From assembly GCA_964016885.1 (NCBI GenBank), contig OZ024741.1:186682001-186746000 (forward strand): a DNA stretch of 64,000 bases, in the 5' to 3' direction. Numbering within the stretch: position 1 is the first letter of the stretch; every line of letters begins with the position of its first letter. Below the pieces are notes generated by a model. The model saw only the letters and a program-made list of their open reading frames with translations. It ran no database searches and was not told the origin of the DNA. Below are positions 15,568 to 29,233 of this stretch, in pieces. Both the position numbers and the translations under genes were made by a program. The stretch comes from Eledone cirrhosa. Lineage: Eukaryota.

Positions 15568-15689
15568 TGGTAAAATCAATCTCATAACAACTTTCTCGGA
15601 TATTCTGATAGCATTGCGCCTGTATAATCGTACAAACACGCATAATGTGGATACATGTTTATACATACATATAAAGATGTATTGTTTAT

Positions 15690-15875
15690 AATTGTTTTTA
15701 CTTTAGACACAAGGCCAGCAATTAACCAGTGCATTACTGGTAGTTTATTTTATCGACCCCGTAAGGATGAAAGGCAAAGTCAACCTCGGCGGGATTTGAA
15801 CTCAGACCGTAAAGGGACGTAACTATGCTGGAAAGCATGGCGTCCGACTCTCTACCGATACTGCCAATCCACCGT
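15690..15875 (-). mobile_element. SINE family A with TSD tgtttataat
   Basis: Reverse complement of the 13398 copy; direct repeat tgtttataat on both sides. Confidence 0.88.
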
Positions 15876-16011
15876 GTTTATAATGCGCTGAAACATCCGT
15901 GACCCGTAGTAGACAACTGACGAAGGGAGACTGTCCAGCTCTTGTTTGTATTGCCTTGCCTTCTAACACTCGTTATCAGTAACCACACAGCCTCTCCTCT
16001 CAATCCATAAT

Positions 16012-16044
<33 letters not shown>

Positions 16045-16469
16045 ATATGTCTGTGTGTGTGTGTTAAAAAATCTATCTACATATTTATCTTTGCACCCCT
16101 CTACCTATTTACACAACGTCAATATATATCTATCCATCTTTCTACCCCCCTATCTCTCTTTCTCTCTCCCGCCACTGAAAAGGACAGACATACGCTACTA
16201 ACACCATATTTGCATGAAAATAGCACATGGTCGGTTTTTACGGCAGTTCAATTTATCATTGCAATGAAAGTTGGGATCTAGGAGAGATTTGGCTGCTACT
16301 TTTAACACATCTCTTGACTACATATAGGCAATGTAAACAGTGTGATATAATGTTCCAATTTACGGAGCGTTTATAAACAACAGCTAACACAGGACTTTGT
16401 TTACTAAATTAAATTCTGGTTTAACTCAAGTGTGCTCTCATATTGCTACCACTTAGCTTTCTGTTTCAT

Positions 16470-17270
16470 TGTAGTGGCAGTGGTGTGAGTAGGGTGATTT
16501 TGAGTTAGTAGAACCGGTTGTGGAGTGTTGGTGGTGGTGGTGGTGGTGGTGTTGGTGGTGGTGGTGGTGGTGGTGGTGGTGGGGTGTTGGTGTTGGTGGT
16601 GGAGTGAGCGGCGGTTCCAATGCAGTGATGTTCATAGTGGTGGAGATGATGGTAGTAATGTTGGTGATGTTGGTGTGGCGCCGGCGGTGCTAGTGGTGTT
16701 TGTTTTTTTGTTGTTGTTGTTGGTGCTGGGGTGATAGTGGTGGTGATGGTGATGCTTGTAGTGATGTTGGTGGTGATGTTTTGGTGTTACTGATTATTGA
16801 GTTAGTAGGACGGTGTTGATGTTTGAATAAGTAGTGGGGAATTTGATGTTTGTGATAATAACGCCAATATGGGTGGAAATGGTGGTGGCGATGGTTGAGT
16901 TAGTGATAGTGGCATTGGTGGCGGTGATTAGACCGCTGGTGATGAAGTGGGTAGTGGTGGTGTTCGTGATGTTTGGTTTGTAGTTCAGGGGTAGTGGTGT
17001 TATTAGTGTCTATAAAGGCAATGGTAATGGGGGTGGTGGTGATGGTAGTGATAGTGAGATAGCGTTGGTGATCGTTGATATGATGTTGGTGGAGGTTGTC
17101 GTTGTAATGGTAGACGATAGGTGATGGTAGTGTAGTGGTATTAATAGTTGTAGTGGTGTTGGTAGTAGTTATAATAGTGAGGTAGGGGCAATAGCAGTGA
17201 TAGTGGTAAGGAGATGTTTGAGATGTTAGTGTGATATAGAGATGATATTGGTGTTAGTTGGGGTTAGAGT
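16470..17270. repeat. Degenerate (GGT/GAT/GTA)n low-complexity tract
   Basis: Cryptic trinucleotide periodicity; no coding signal. Confidence 0.8.
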
Positions 17271-17431
17271 AGTCTTATTCATATACGACACTGTTGTTGC
17301 TTCTTTAATTTAACCCCTGGTCAACCCTGAACGAGCAGACGTATGATCATCGAAAATATTTAAACATTATGCTGACCTGTCATGTGAGTGGAATGTAGAA
17401 ACATGAAGCTATGCGGAGGGCCATAGCAAAA

Positions 17432-17705
17432 TGTAACCTAGTGGTAAGGGTGTTGGACTTACGATCATAATGTCGTGGGTTCGATTCCTGGGCTGGTTGC
17501 GTGTTGTGTTCTTGGGCAAAACACTTCATTTCATGTTGCTCAAGTATACTCAGCTGAAAATCAGTACCAACAATATCTGGGGGATTAACCCAGCGATGGA
17601 TTAGCGTCTTGTCCAGTGGGAAGTCTTGTACTCTCAGTCGCTTCACGCCATGAAACCGGGGCTGGCCTAACAAGCCTTCTGGCTTAAAACAGACGTTAGA
17701 TCTTT
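17432..17705 (+). mobile_element. tRNA-derived SINE family B (fragments also at 24660-24735 (-), 45900-46120 and 48458-48535)
   Basis: tagtggtaagggtg A-box, ggttcgattcc B-box, central tgtgttcttgggcaaaacactt domain shared among copies. Confidence 0.8.
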
Positions 17706-18559
17706 TAGATAGGTATTTATTTCCTTGGTTGTTCTGCAGAGTGTGACTATATCCAATGAATTCGCATGAGCTAGGAAAGTATTGCAGGTCTTTTGGAAAG
17801 ACATGAAGAGATACGACGTTCTAGGAAGCCAACACTCTGGAGAGGAAGAACTAGGTGTAGTGGTTAGGGAGAGGCCTAGGTGTCTGAACCCAACGGGGAC
17901 AGTTAGAGAGGAAGAGATGAGTAAGTGGTGAATCTGTTGAAGTGAAGTGCCGTGGGTAGGGGAGATTTTCCATCAAGGAAGCTGAAGTCTGCTGGGATGG
18001 AAAGGGATATAGATTAGGAAGCGATTTACAAAGTTTGTAGAATGTATGTAGAATTAGAAAGAAGCAGGCACACAATCATCATTATTGTGGATTTGGGGAA
18101 AGGAAGATTGTGTAACGTTGGTAGAGATACTTTTAGAAAGAAAAAAAACAAGATGTATCGGATGCAATTTAAGAAGAAGAAGGATGTGGAACTCTATGAA
18201 GCTGATTTTTGCAGTTCAGTTTGTGGCCTAGCGAGAGTTGTGTTGTTGAAAAAAACGCTGCCACAATTTTCCGAAGGAATGTGTCTTTCTTCAGGCGTTG
18301 TAGGTATTGTATGTTATCAGACCTTTTGCAGCGCAGTTATGATTGTAACAATCGGGGTACTTTGGGCATTGTGATTTAGTCTTGGGGAATGAGGAAGGAT
18401 ATGTTTAACAGTGTGTTTTCAGTTACACATTTGTCCGTTTCTGATTAGTCTGGATATGTGCTACCACATATAGCACATGCTGAATCAAAGTGCCATAGAG
18501 TCAGGAAGTGCGTAAATTATGTGTTATGGGGGTATGCAATGATAAGAGACAGAGCCAGT

Positions 18560-19035
18560 TACAGTCTGGGTAATATTGATAGGGCATTTTCCATACCGTA
18601 GAAATGTGACCTGTCCAATAGTCTATCGTTTAGGTAATTGATCTTTGGTTCAACTTTCATAATTATTTGTTCCGTATAGGAAGGCCACAGCGAAAAATAG
18701 TATTCAAGGTGGGGCCGGGCAAAGGTAGAGAAGAGAAGGATGGTGATATAAATATATTTAGAGCGAGATGTTCTAAACATGCCAGAGAACATCTTGTTGG
18801 CTATCAACTTTGTTACTTAAGTAGATACTCCAGCTTAGTGTGTTTTGTGGGCTTTACTACTGTTGGATGCCAAGTAAGTGGTTTTTACTTGAGAGAGGAG
18901 AATATGGTGAATTCAAAACATACGCGGGATGATGTGAATAACCTTGTCAAAGGTTTTTCTGAAGTCAACATACATAACAACAATGTTGGAGACCTCTCCC
19001 AATCACTTTAGAATGTCATTAAATTGATCCTGAAG
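18560..19035 (-). pseudogene. CR1-like LINE RT fragment
   Basis: Translation includes LLFSTFARPHLEYYFSLW, the post-RT motif of CR1/L2 LINEs. Confidence 0.6.
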
Positions 19036-19158
19036 CTGCTTTAAGTAGCCTATGGTGTAAGGGAAACTATGTTATCAAATGTACATACATGATAGCATAT
19101 ATATGCATCATTCGAAAATACACAAACATAGTTCTTAAAAGATTGCAATCAATAAAAG

Positions 19159-19251
<93 letters not shown>

Positions 19252-19272
19252 ATATATATATATATTATGTAT

Positions 19273-19548
19273 AAGAGAGACGGCTTTATGTGTACTTTCT
19301 GTATATAACATAGTTCTGTTATAGGTATTTCGAAGATGTCAGAAGGTTATTATGCAACCACTCTGACATCTTCGACATACGTATAACAGAACTATGTACA
19401 GTTAAAAATGTCTCTCTTATCCATAATATTGAAACTCCGGTTGATACCTTACCGATAAAATCCTAATGAATACAAGTCATAGACTGCTCTATGTCTATTT
19501 ACAAAACAAAGTCGGCGGATTATATGAGCAACAAACTTTCATTAATTG

Positions 19549-19552
<4 letters not shown>
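19273..19552 (+). mobile_element. Fold-back element between (TA)n tracts containing the 3' half of an HHR
   Basis: About 36-bp inverted arms (19308-19343 / 19362-19397); arm consensus GAAATACGTATA has a palindromic stem III. Confidence 0.55.
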
Positions 19553-19644
<92 letters not shown>

Positions 19645-19659
19645 TAGACTAATGTTTAC

Positions 19660-19870
19660 GAAAAGAATCGCTGCTTTCACCCCTAACGGGATCTTCTGAT
19701 CAGTTTCAGAAGATCTCGTTAAGGGTAAAAGCAGCGATTCTTTGCTTAAACTTTAATCTGCTATTTTAATAAATATCTGCTCTATGGTTCTTATTTATTT
19801 GAGATATATTTATCCTTATCTTTGGATTTTAATCTTTGGATTTTAGTCTTCACATTTATTATTATTACTA
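19660..19870 (+). mobile_element. Second copy of the CAGAAGA-HHR fold-back family
   Basis: agttt CAGAAGA tctcgttaagggt aaaagca..tgctt aaact at 19702-19752, preceded by an inverted partial copy. Confidence 0.75.
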
Positions 19871-19896
19871 TATATATGTGTGTGTGCTTGTGTGTA

Positions 19897-19965
<69 letters not shown>

Positions 19966-20679
19966 AAATCATTACCTGTCATTAATGCTGAGTGTTTACG
20001 TCAAAGATTCAGCGATGCTATCAACGTCTCAAACTGAGAATCCACTGTCAGCTAAAGGTCAAAGTAAATTCGCATTTTGATAATATTCGTATTATATTTA
20101 TTATATATATGCCTTTGAGTATATGAAGTAATAGACACAAACATAAACACATACATGCATACATGCACTCAAAGAATTTGCATACAGCTAAATTCAATAT
20201 TCAGTTTTTAATACACTGTCTACATAGTTACTCGACTTTTACATGTTTATATAACTTAATATCTTAGTTTCATAAGAAAAAGCTATGTTTAATGTTGTGT
20301 TCTCTCTCAATTGCTTAAACTGATATTTACATCAGCTTATATTCTCATCTACGTCTTGAGAATATAATCTATGTTTATATCTATTTGTATAAATATACTT
20401 ATGCATATAAATATATATACATACACACACACACACACACACACAGACACACACATACACATACACACACATTCATGCAAACACACTCACAGCCACGCAC
20501 GCACACAACCACGCACACACACACACACACATACACACACACACACACACACATATGTATATATATTTAATTATGAGAGATGAAACTTATGGAATAGAAT
20601 GAACACAGCTTCGGTCGTTCCCTCAATCACTCAATAATCTCTCTCTCAGTAATCCATGACCATGGCAAAAACACACTCG

Positions 20680-20762
<83 letters not shown>

Positions 20763-20770
<8 letters not shown>

Positions 20771-21130
20771 AATAAAGTAAGGAGTGTGGGACTGCATACG
20801 GTTCTTTTCTTTTAATCCAGTTAGTAAAATAAGTTGGATTTCTTTGAATAAATAATGAATGAATATTACATAATTTATCTACTAAATTTCGTAGCTGTTG
20901 ATTAAATGTATTTTATTGTTTATTTAAAGATTCACTTCTTTAAAATGTTCAAATGTCAAAACTTCCTCCGTCACTAATCATCTCCTAATGCAGTTTATAT
21001 ATAATATCATCTTTTTTTAATGTATCATAGATTACGTTACTGGTTACATAAAAGAGTGTACGCAGTCTTCGTTCAATTTCTGTATATATTGTCAATTATG
21101 ATTTTATTTGATGTATATCTATCTACATGC
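20763..21130 (+). mobile_element. Partial non-autonomous Helitron related to 22106-22880
   Basis: Shares aaactataataaag..gtgggactgc and the downstream blocks; internal segment is shorter. Confidence 0.65.
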
Positions 21131-22105
21131 ATATATATTTTTATTTTATCAAAATATGAACACATGATATATACAAAGCATATAAATATATTTACAGTAG
21201 AATAACATAACAGATATGTTTTAGATATATACATAAATAACATTACAAATGCTTAGATAACATTATAAATTGCTCGCGATTCTGTCAGAAGGATATATTA
21301 TTTAATGTATCAACATTAAAAAGGGGTGAACAACCGATACCAGGTAGACGCGTAACAGCAATTTCTGCCCATATTTGGGAACTCCAACACAACAATATTA
21401 CCTACCATCTAAGCTGGAAACTACTTTCAAAGGCAAAATCTTACTTGGGAGGACGCCGTCCGTGCAATTTATGCTCGGAGGAAACGATCCAAATGCTGTT
21501 TGCCAAGGACCAATTGTTGAACAAAAAGGATGACTCGTTACCTCGTGTAAACACAGAATATACAGGACATATCTCACCTTCAAACCCCCTCATGCTCCAG
21601 TTGGGTAGATCTCGGCTTTATTTCCTTCCCAATTACAAACTAACATAGACGAAACCCCAAGCACACTTAGGTAGAAATAGAATTTTTTCTTTGTTATTTA
21701 CACATTCTAATTACACTTAGGTGGATCTTTGTATACTTACACTATTATAAACAGATCCTAATCTTCCTTAGTTAATACATACAATCCTATGGAACCGACT
21801 GAACAGATGGCTATGATACCTTACTAGACTAGGGTTTATTTTGGGGGTGTCTGATTATAAGAAAATACTAGTAAATTAGTGTATTGAGGAGCCCTTCCGG
21901 TGCATTAGAGATAATTGGATTTCTTTATCAAGAACTGAATTAGTATTAACATATAAATGCTTTGATCTTTAGCCAAGTGTTAGATTAGGCAAAGTTAACT
22001 TAAACTTTCTAACTAACTTCTTGGATTCTTACACGTTGAAAATATATTCTTATCTCTTTAAATTGTAGTTTACCGTTTCTATAAATGAAAGATAGTTGTA
22101 TAGAA

Positions 22106-22880
22106 TCTAAACTATAATAAAGTGCGGGACTGCGTACGTTTTATAATTTGTTATCCCATTAGTAAAATAAGTTGGATTACTTCGAATAAATAATGAATGA
22201 ATATTACATAATTTATCTACTACATTTCGTAGCTGTTGATTAAATATATTTTATTGCTTATTTAAAAGATTCATTTATACCATAAACTTGGTCTTGTCTT
22301 TGCATGAAATTGTTCTTCACGTGCCACATAACGACGTATTATCATCGCCTTTTTCCCGTTCATTGCCAGGGAACCTCTTCACGAACCAAAACATCGTCTT
22401 CCTGTTTTCGTTCGGTTGCAACGTTTCTCGAAATATTTACTTCTGCGTTCATAGATTACTCTCAGTTCAATTTGAATGGGAAATTCCTGTTTCATCGATT
22501 TTCTCCGTAAACATGGAAGCTTGTACCCTAAAAGTCGACCCAACGCCTCCTCGGGTCATTCTGCATAACTCTGTAAATTTTCGCTGCATTCCACCAAGCC
22601 ATTTCGACGTTTATCCGACTACACCTAATTACTTAAATATACAACATCCAACCACTTCCAATTTATATAGTAGATATCGTCTTTTTTTATTGTATCATGG
22701 ATTACGTTACTGATTACATAAGACAGTGTAACGCAGTCTTCGTTCTATTTCTGTGTATATTGTCAATTACGATTTTATTTGATGTATCATTTCTATATGC
22801 ATATATACTTGCGTATAATATCAATATGCACACTACACATGCCAGTAGAAAAAACACCCGAAGGGTGGTTTTAATTCTAG
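22106..22880 (+). mobile_element. Non-autonomous Helitron with canonical ends
   Basis: A|TCTAAACTATAATAAAG 5' end; subterminal hairpin aaacaccc-gaa-gggtggttt; 3' CTAG|T; no TSD. Confidence 0.8.
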
Positions 22881-23271
22881 TTCTTTCTTAATGCCGTGCG
22901 TGCACGCCTGACTGGCTTGGCATCCACAGGTCAGACTGCCTTCTTACTCCCTCCCTTTTGTTCTTCAGGCCTGATCATCCCGCCCGCCGCTATGAAGGAA
23001 TTTAGCTATGTACACGACATCGTAGATCATTGACCACTCCCCGTGACAGACAAGAAAAACAAATTTTTAGGATTATTTGCTTAGATATTTCTGTTTTGTC
23101 TTGTTTTGGTTTGTTTTGTTTTTTTTGTTTGTTTTCACTGCATGCTCATACATGGACTGTACCCCTTGGTAAGTTAAACTAGATTGCCGCCGTTCTAATA
23201 CTGGTGGATTCGTTCGAATCTAGCTGTCAAAACGGCCAAAGCTCAGCCGTCGGCGTCCTGACTCTCTCTCC

Positions 23272-23316
<45 letters not shown>

Positions 23317-23378
23317 GGAAAAAGTATGACCCCGACGGCAGACTTCAAGCCGTTTCGACGGCTATTTCTGATTACATT

Positions 23379-23506
<128 letters not shown>

Positions 23507-23786
23507 AGATCAAAAGATTGTTAAAAGAGTTCCATGTATTTTATTATGCGCATTTCAAAAACAAATATCATTATGCGATAACATTTGCGTTTTCGTCAGA
23601 TAAAATAGGGAGCAAATGTTATCGCATGATGATATTTGTTTTTGAAATGCTCATAATAAAATACATGGAACTCTTTTAACCATCTTTTGATTTTATATAT
23701 TATTTATACTCCAATCCTACAAACTGTAGAGTGCTTCTTATCCGATATCTGCATTGCTTTATTGTACTACAATAAAACTCACCTCC

Positions 23787-23835
<49 letters not shown>

Positions 23836-23839
<4 letters not shown>

Positions 23840-24245
23840 TAAATGTAATCTGAGTTTTTCGAATATTAATAATAATATTCGATTCGTTTTCAATTATGCA
23901 AACATCCTCTTTTTTAAAGCCAAGTCAGTAGAATGAACTCTTTATTCTTGCTCTTGTATTGGCATGTAAACAAAGCTGCAGACACTAATGTTTCTGGGTA
24001 ATACCCTTCATCAGTGCAGTTCACTGTTCACCTGCCAACTGTCAGAGCTAGCGAAAATATATATTATTTTCTAAAATATACAGTGATTAATCGGCCTGAT
24101 TTGCATATTAGCAGAATGGCTGATCAGTGAGGACTGCATATTATCAGATGCACTGAGCAGCCAGATTTTCATATCAGCAGACATGCCAGTCAGTTTCCTG
24201 TATAGGAGCGATTAATGGCCGGCTTTGCCCTATCGGAGGCCATAT
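23836..24245 (-). mobile_element. Short non-coding repeat carrying an HHR
   Basis: Paralog of 2835-3245; terminal piece also found at about 49695-49945; abuts (TA)n. Confidence 0.72.
23976..24019 (-). ncRNA. Compact type I hammerhead ribozyme
   Basis: Minus strand: ctgca CTGATGA a-ggg-tatta-ccc-a GAA ACA ttag TGT C tgcag. Confidence 0.85.
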
Positions 24246-24866
24246 TCAGTTGAATCAGCTTTATTTAAATCACATTAATGTATGCATATTTCACTGAGGA
24301 CTATCGATTATGATAGCCTGTACTCTTCAGACGGCAAAACCTAAAATAAATATAGAAAGTTCCTAAGAATCCTTTAAATTTAGAAAATCTATTTGAAAAA
24401 GATTTTCTTTTCATGATAGAGAGGCCGGCCGAACGCGTGGTGTAGTTTTTTCGACAGTCGACCTTCATTTTCATTTCATTTCATTTCATTTTTACGTCCG
24501 CTTTTCCCTGCTTGCAAGGGTGGGACGGGAACAGATTCTGGCTTGATTTCTACAGCTGGATGCCCTTCCTAACACTAACCTCATTTACAGTGAGTGCTGG
24601 GTGCTTTTTTGCCGTGGCTCCTCCACGACCACTTTGCAGTGGAATGATAGGGACTGGGGTCCCTATCATCTCATTTCTACAGCTGAGGAACCTGGAGCAA
24701 TGTGAAATAAAGTGTCTTGCTCAAGGAAACAACACATCATATATATTATAAACAAAGTTTCATAAACTTAACATGTGTGAAACTTTGTTTATTTATACTA
24801 AATAAGCACTCATGCAAAAGATCGAGCACTGTTTTCCTTGATCTTTCATCTACCGATTTCTACAAA

Positions 24867-24932
<66 letters not shown>

Positions 24933-24938
<6 letters not shown>

Positions 24939-25413
24939 TAAATAAAAGTCAAATGATTAAAATTTAGCTTCGTTTATTACTGCTATATATATTTCAGTGA
25001 CAGCCATCTTTGGCTGTGACCTCTTCAGGCAGTTTGAATTAGTATGGTATAGACAAGTACATATGTTGTTTAGGTGTATAATATTGTCAATACTCTGATA
25101 TGCCCAGTTCCTTGTTGGGTTGTTATTTCACTGGGGAACTGGAGTCATATCAGAGTATTGACAATATTATACACCTAAACAACATATGTACTTGTCTATA
25201 CCATACTAATTCAAACTGACTGAAGAGGTCACAGCCAAAGATGGCTGTCACTGAAATATATATAGCAGTAATAAACGAAGCTAAATTTTAATCATTTGAC
25301 TTTTATTTAACTTTATTTTACACTACTCCGGAGTAACCAAACCAACCTGCGCACTTCGTCGAGTGCTCCAGCCTGCATACTGAGGTGTTGGTATACAACC
25401 AACATAAACTCAA

Positions 25414-25414
<1 letters not shown>
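24933..25414 (+). mobile_element. Fold-back element with about 180-bp inverted arms, each containing a minimal HHR, plus a 100-bp unique tail; in (TA)n
   Basis: 24933-25111 is the reverse complement of 25135-25316. HHR at 25215-25269: actg[a/c] CTGAAGA acagcca/tggctgt GAA ATATATAT A gcagt. Confidence 0.85.
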
Positions 25415-25463
<49 letters not shown>

Positions 25464-25619
25464 TGTTTTTGACGTTTCAGCTCAATACGTCGGTTCAGAG
25501 ATGTTGATTTTCCTCACATTTTGCGTCGTATATAATTCGTTGTTCAACTTAATCTGTTCATATCATTGGAAAAGCCACTAGAACTACAATGTGTCAACGA
25601 CCGCTGCCACGATGTTGCT

Positions 25620-25701
<82 letters not shown>

Positions 25702-25732
25702 AAGCAGCAGCAGCAGCAGGAGCAGCAGCAGC

Positions 25733-25780
<48 letters not shown>

Positions 25781-26364
25781 CATGGTGGTGGTAGTCATGG
25801 TGGTGGTACTCATCGTTGTAGTGGAGGTGGTTGTCATATTGGTGACAGTGGGGATGGTTTTGTTATTGATTTTTTGGGGACGGGGTCGTGATTGGATATT
25901 GGCGGTTTCTCTTCAGTTATCAATCGTATGTTTTTGTATATATGTGGCAGGTTTTTTTGTTATTGCTCTGTAGTGTTGTATGGGGCAGAAGATGATATAG
26001 GTAATTGTCAAATCCAGTATAACTTAAATAACATAGACATGCTGTGACATGTTCTTTGCCTCAAACTTAATGTCTTCGGTCATGCAATGCTGAAGACAGG
26101 AAGACAAGCAAATACCGGAACCCATCTGGCCGCTTTCTCTTTGCACCACTCCTCCACAATATCGGAACATATACACTAGTCCTTTATGGAAGTTAGAAAC
26201 AGAGAGAAGAAAAGATGTTTAGAAGAGATAAGAGAAACTAAGTCAAAAGAGAGAAAAAGAAGGGAAGCAAGTAGAAACGAAGGAGGTAACACCTGATGTT
26301 GCTACACAGCCAACTTTAGATTATATATGTATATATGTATATATGTAAATATGCATGTATGTAT

Positions 26365-26760
26365 GGTAACATGTAACCCAGTAAATCTGTCTCATGGTCG
26401 GGTCGTCGGCGATTATAGCTGGCAACCCCACTAAGATTGCTTGGTGAGGAGGGTGATATTTGGACACCCTGCGGGATGAAATACAAGACCCGGCGAAGGT
26501 CGAAGGAACTCAGCAGAGTCAACGGCCATCCAAATAGTACTTTTTTTACCTGGGAGTGAAAGGCCCCCAGTTGTTGTCACAACACCTTTCTAAGAGAGGG
26601 AAACTGAAAAAAAACCTGTGGCTTTGGAAGCATCCGATGATGTTGACCAGTTCTCCTTTTCGGGTAGTGTTTTCGATGCTCAGAGAGTGGGATTGGTCGA
26701 GTGCAAGGCCTTTCCCCACTTTAAAAACATTCAAAGCACAGACATTGCTTGTTCAGATTA
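26365..26760 (+). mobile_element. Diverged non-autonomous RTE-related element (5' part)
   Basis: Similar to the 5' end of 40362-40950 (ggtaacatgta.cccagta..ctgtctcatggtc, cttggtgaggagggtga, gagtcaa.ggccatccaaa). Confidence 0.6.
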
Positions 26761-27073
26761 TGTTACAGGTTCGTGTGGCTGGCTGTAGACTAAAGGTGCA
26801 CCATTTTCTATAATCTGACAAGCGATTGCAATACTCTTAGCAAAGTTTGCAGTTATTATGTATGTATGCATGATGTATATACGTATATATATCTGTATGT
26901 AAGCATACTTGCATGTATTTAAGCGTGTGCATACATTTGTTTATTTACATGTTTATGTAAATACACATGATATGAGGATACTCCTACTTGAAACTTGCGT
27001 TGTTTGTTGTGTCTGGGCCTATTGTTTTGTGTTTAGGCACTCTAAACTTTGATGTGTTTGCGATTTTTTGCGC

Positions 27074-27131
<58 letters not shown>

Positions 27132-27234
27132 GGAAAAAATGAAACGAAATTTCATTTCCCACTCTTAGTACGGCTGTTACTTAAATATAAGTATGTACAC
27201 GTACATACATATATGTATACAAACGTACAGTAGA

Positions 27235-27486
27235 TCTGAATCTTGAGGACATTCAGGACAAGAGACAGAGAGACCATGTTGACACTATGGAGGACATTTG
27301 TCCTAAACCACCTGGCCTACTGCTCCCAACTGTAGTCACCACATAGTATCAAAGGAACTACGTGCTTGAGGCAATCCAACGAAGCTACACCAAGAGGATT
27401 GCCATGATGAAGGAGATCAGCTACTGGGAGAGGCTAAAAGAACTGAAACTCTACTCCTTGGCACGACGACGGGAGAGATACGCAAA
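27235..27486 (+). pseudogene. CR1-like LINE 3' fragment
   Basis: LEAIQRSYTKRIAMMKEISYWERLKELKLYSLARRRERY. Confidence 0.8.
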
Positions 27487-27490
27487 TTAT

Positions 27491-27820
<330 letters not shown>

Positions 27821-27844
27821 TATATATATATATATGTATATATA

Positions 27845-29233
27845 TAAAACTGAGGTTGTCTGTCTGTATGTTTGTCTGTATGTCTACTAAAACGGTCGGC
27901 ACACATCGCCTCCTAAACCGTACGTTCAAATGTCGGTTAAATTGCTACACTTATAGATGAAGGTCCGGCGGAGACATCGGTCAAAGAAATTTTCAAATCG
28001 ACTCACGCCAAGTGCAAAAATCGAATTTGTAATGTATTGATTTTTCAGTTCAAATGTATAAATAGAGATGAGAGACGAGTTATTTCCTTTTTATTGCACC
28101 ATTATGTTTATCTATTTACGTTACGAATAAATGACGCGTGCAAAAGTACAAAAAATAGACGAACAATTTTCGGGCCAACAAAATTTTAACCTGCAAAATT
28201 CATGAGTTCGAAGTTTCAACATTAAGTTTTCATTTTGCTTCAATTCCATTAAAAAGTCTTTTAAAACAATAATTTTACTTGAAAACAAGCCTATTTGAAA
28301 ACACCGTAAAACAAGCAAATATTTTGTAAAAAAAAAGCATTGATCTCGAATAAAGCCTTATGAGATTTTCATTTAGAAGCAATGATTTTAAACGACAGAC
28401 ATGTCGTGCAGAGAGGTGATATAGGCGATAAAATTGTGCAGACAGACAATCGGGCTGATAGACGATGGAGGCATGCAGACAAACAGTCGTGCAGAGACGT
28501 GATATAGGTGATAAAGTTGTGCAGACAGACAGTCGTGCAGAGAGGTGATAGGCGATAAAATTGTGCAGACAGACAGTCGTGCAGAGAGGTGATATAGGCG
28601 ATAAGGTTGTGCAGACAGACAGTCGTGCAGAGAGGCGATATAGGCGATAAAGTTGTGCTGGCAGACAGTCGTGCAGAGTGTTGATATAGGCGATAAAGTT
28701 GTGCAGACAGACAGTCAAGTGCATCAAATACATATGTAAGTATGTTAATAAAGGCTCTGACGCTGCTTCGTTCGGTATACTCAACGAAAACAATAGAGAC
28801 GAAATAACGCAATTCAAAGTAGGGCGCTACATAAGTAGTAGCGAGGCCTTTTGGTGAATCTTCGGATAACGCATTTTTTATTTTTTTATTTTCCTGTCCA
28901 TCCAATTTCTTTGTTTCAAAATAACTGATAGTTTGGTTACGCTGATGTTTTTCTCTGAGACAAGTGTTGCAGTGTTTACATTTTCGATTTTTGTTAATAG
29001 ATTACCAGTGCAATTTTTATCCCCAGCATCCTCTTTTGTTTTAACATTCGGGTTATGGTTATGTTTTCTTAACTTCATAAGGCATACTATTGATTGAGGG
29101 AATATTAATCAAAAGTACCACATGAAAATCTACACTGTAGACTCTACAGTTTTTAAGCCAAGAAAGGAACTTAACATTGTAACTTTAACACAGCTACTGA
29201 GCAGCCCCGAGCAACGCCGGGCTTTACGGGTAG
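27845..29233 (+). mobile_element. Non-autonomous Helitron with an internal minisatellite
   Basis: 5' tatataaaactgaggttg followed by (tctg)-like repeats; 3' hairpin cccg-agcaacg-ccggg then GTAG|T. Confidence 0.7.
28395..28716 (+). repeat. Minisatellite with about 46-bp unit, 6-7 diverged copies
   Basis: Unit gtcgtgcagagaggtgatataggcgataaagttgtgcagacagaca. Confidence 0.9.

Noticed and set aside
28275-28905. 178-180-aa Cys/Leu-rich ORFs
   Set aside because: They arise from the 46-bp minisatellite and show no domain signature.
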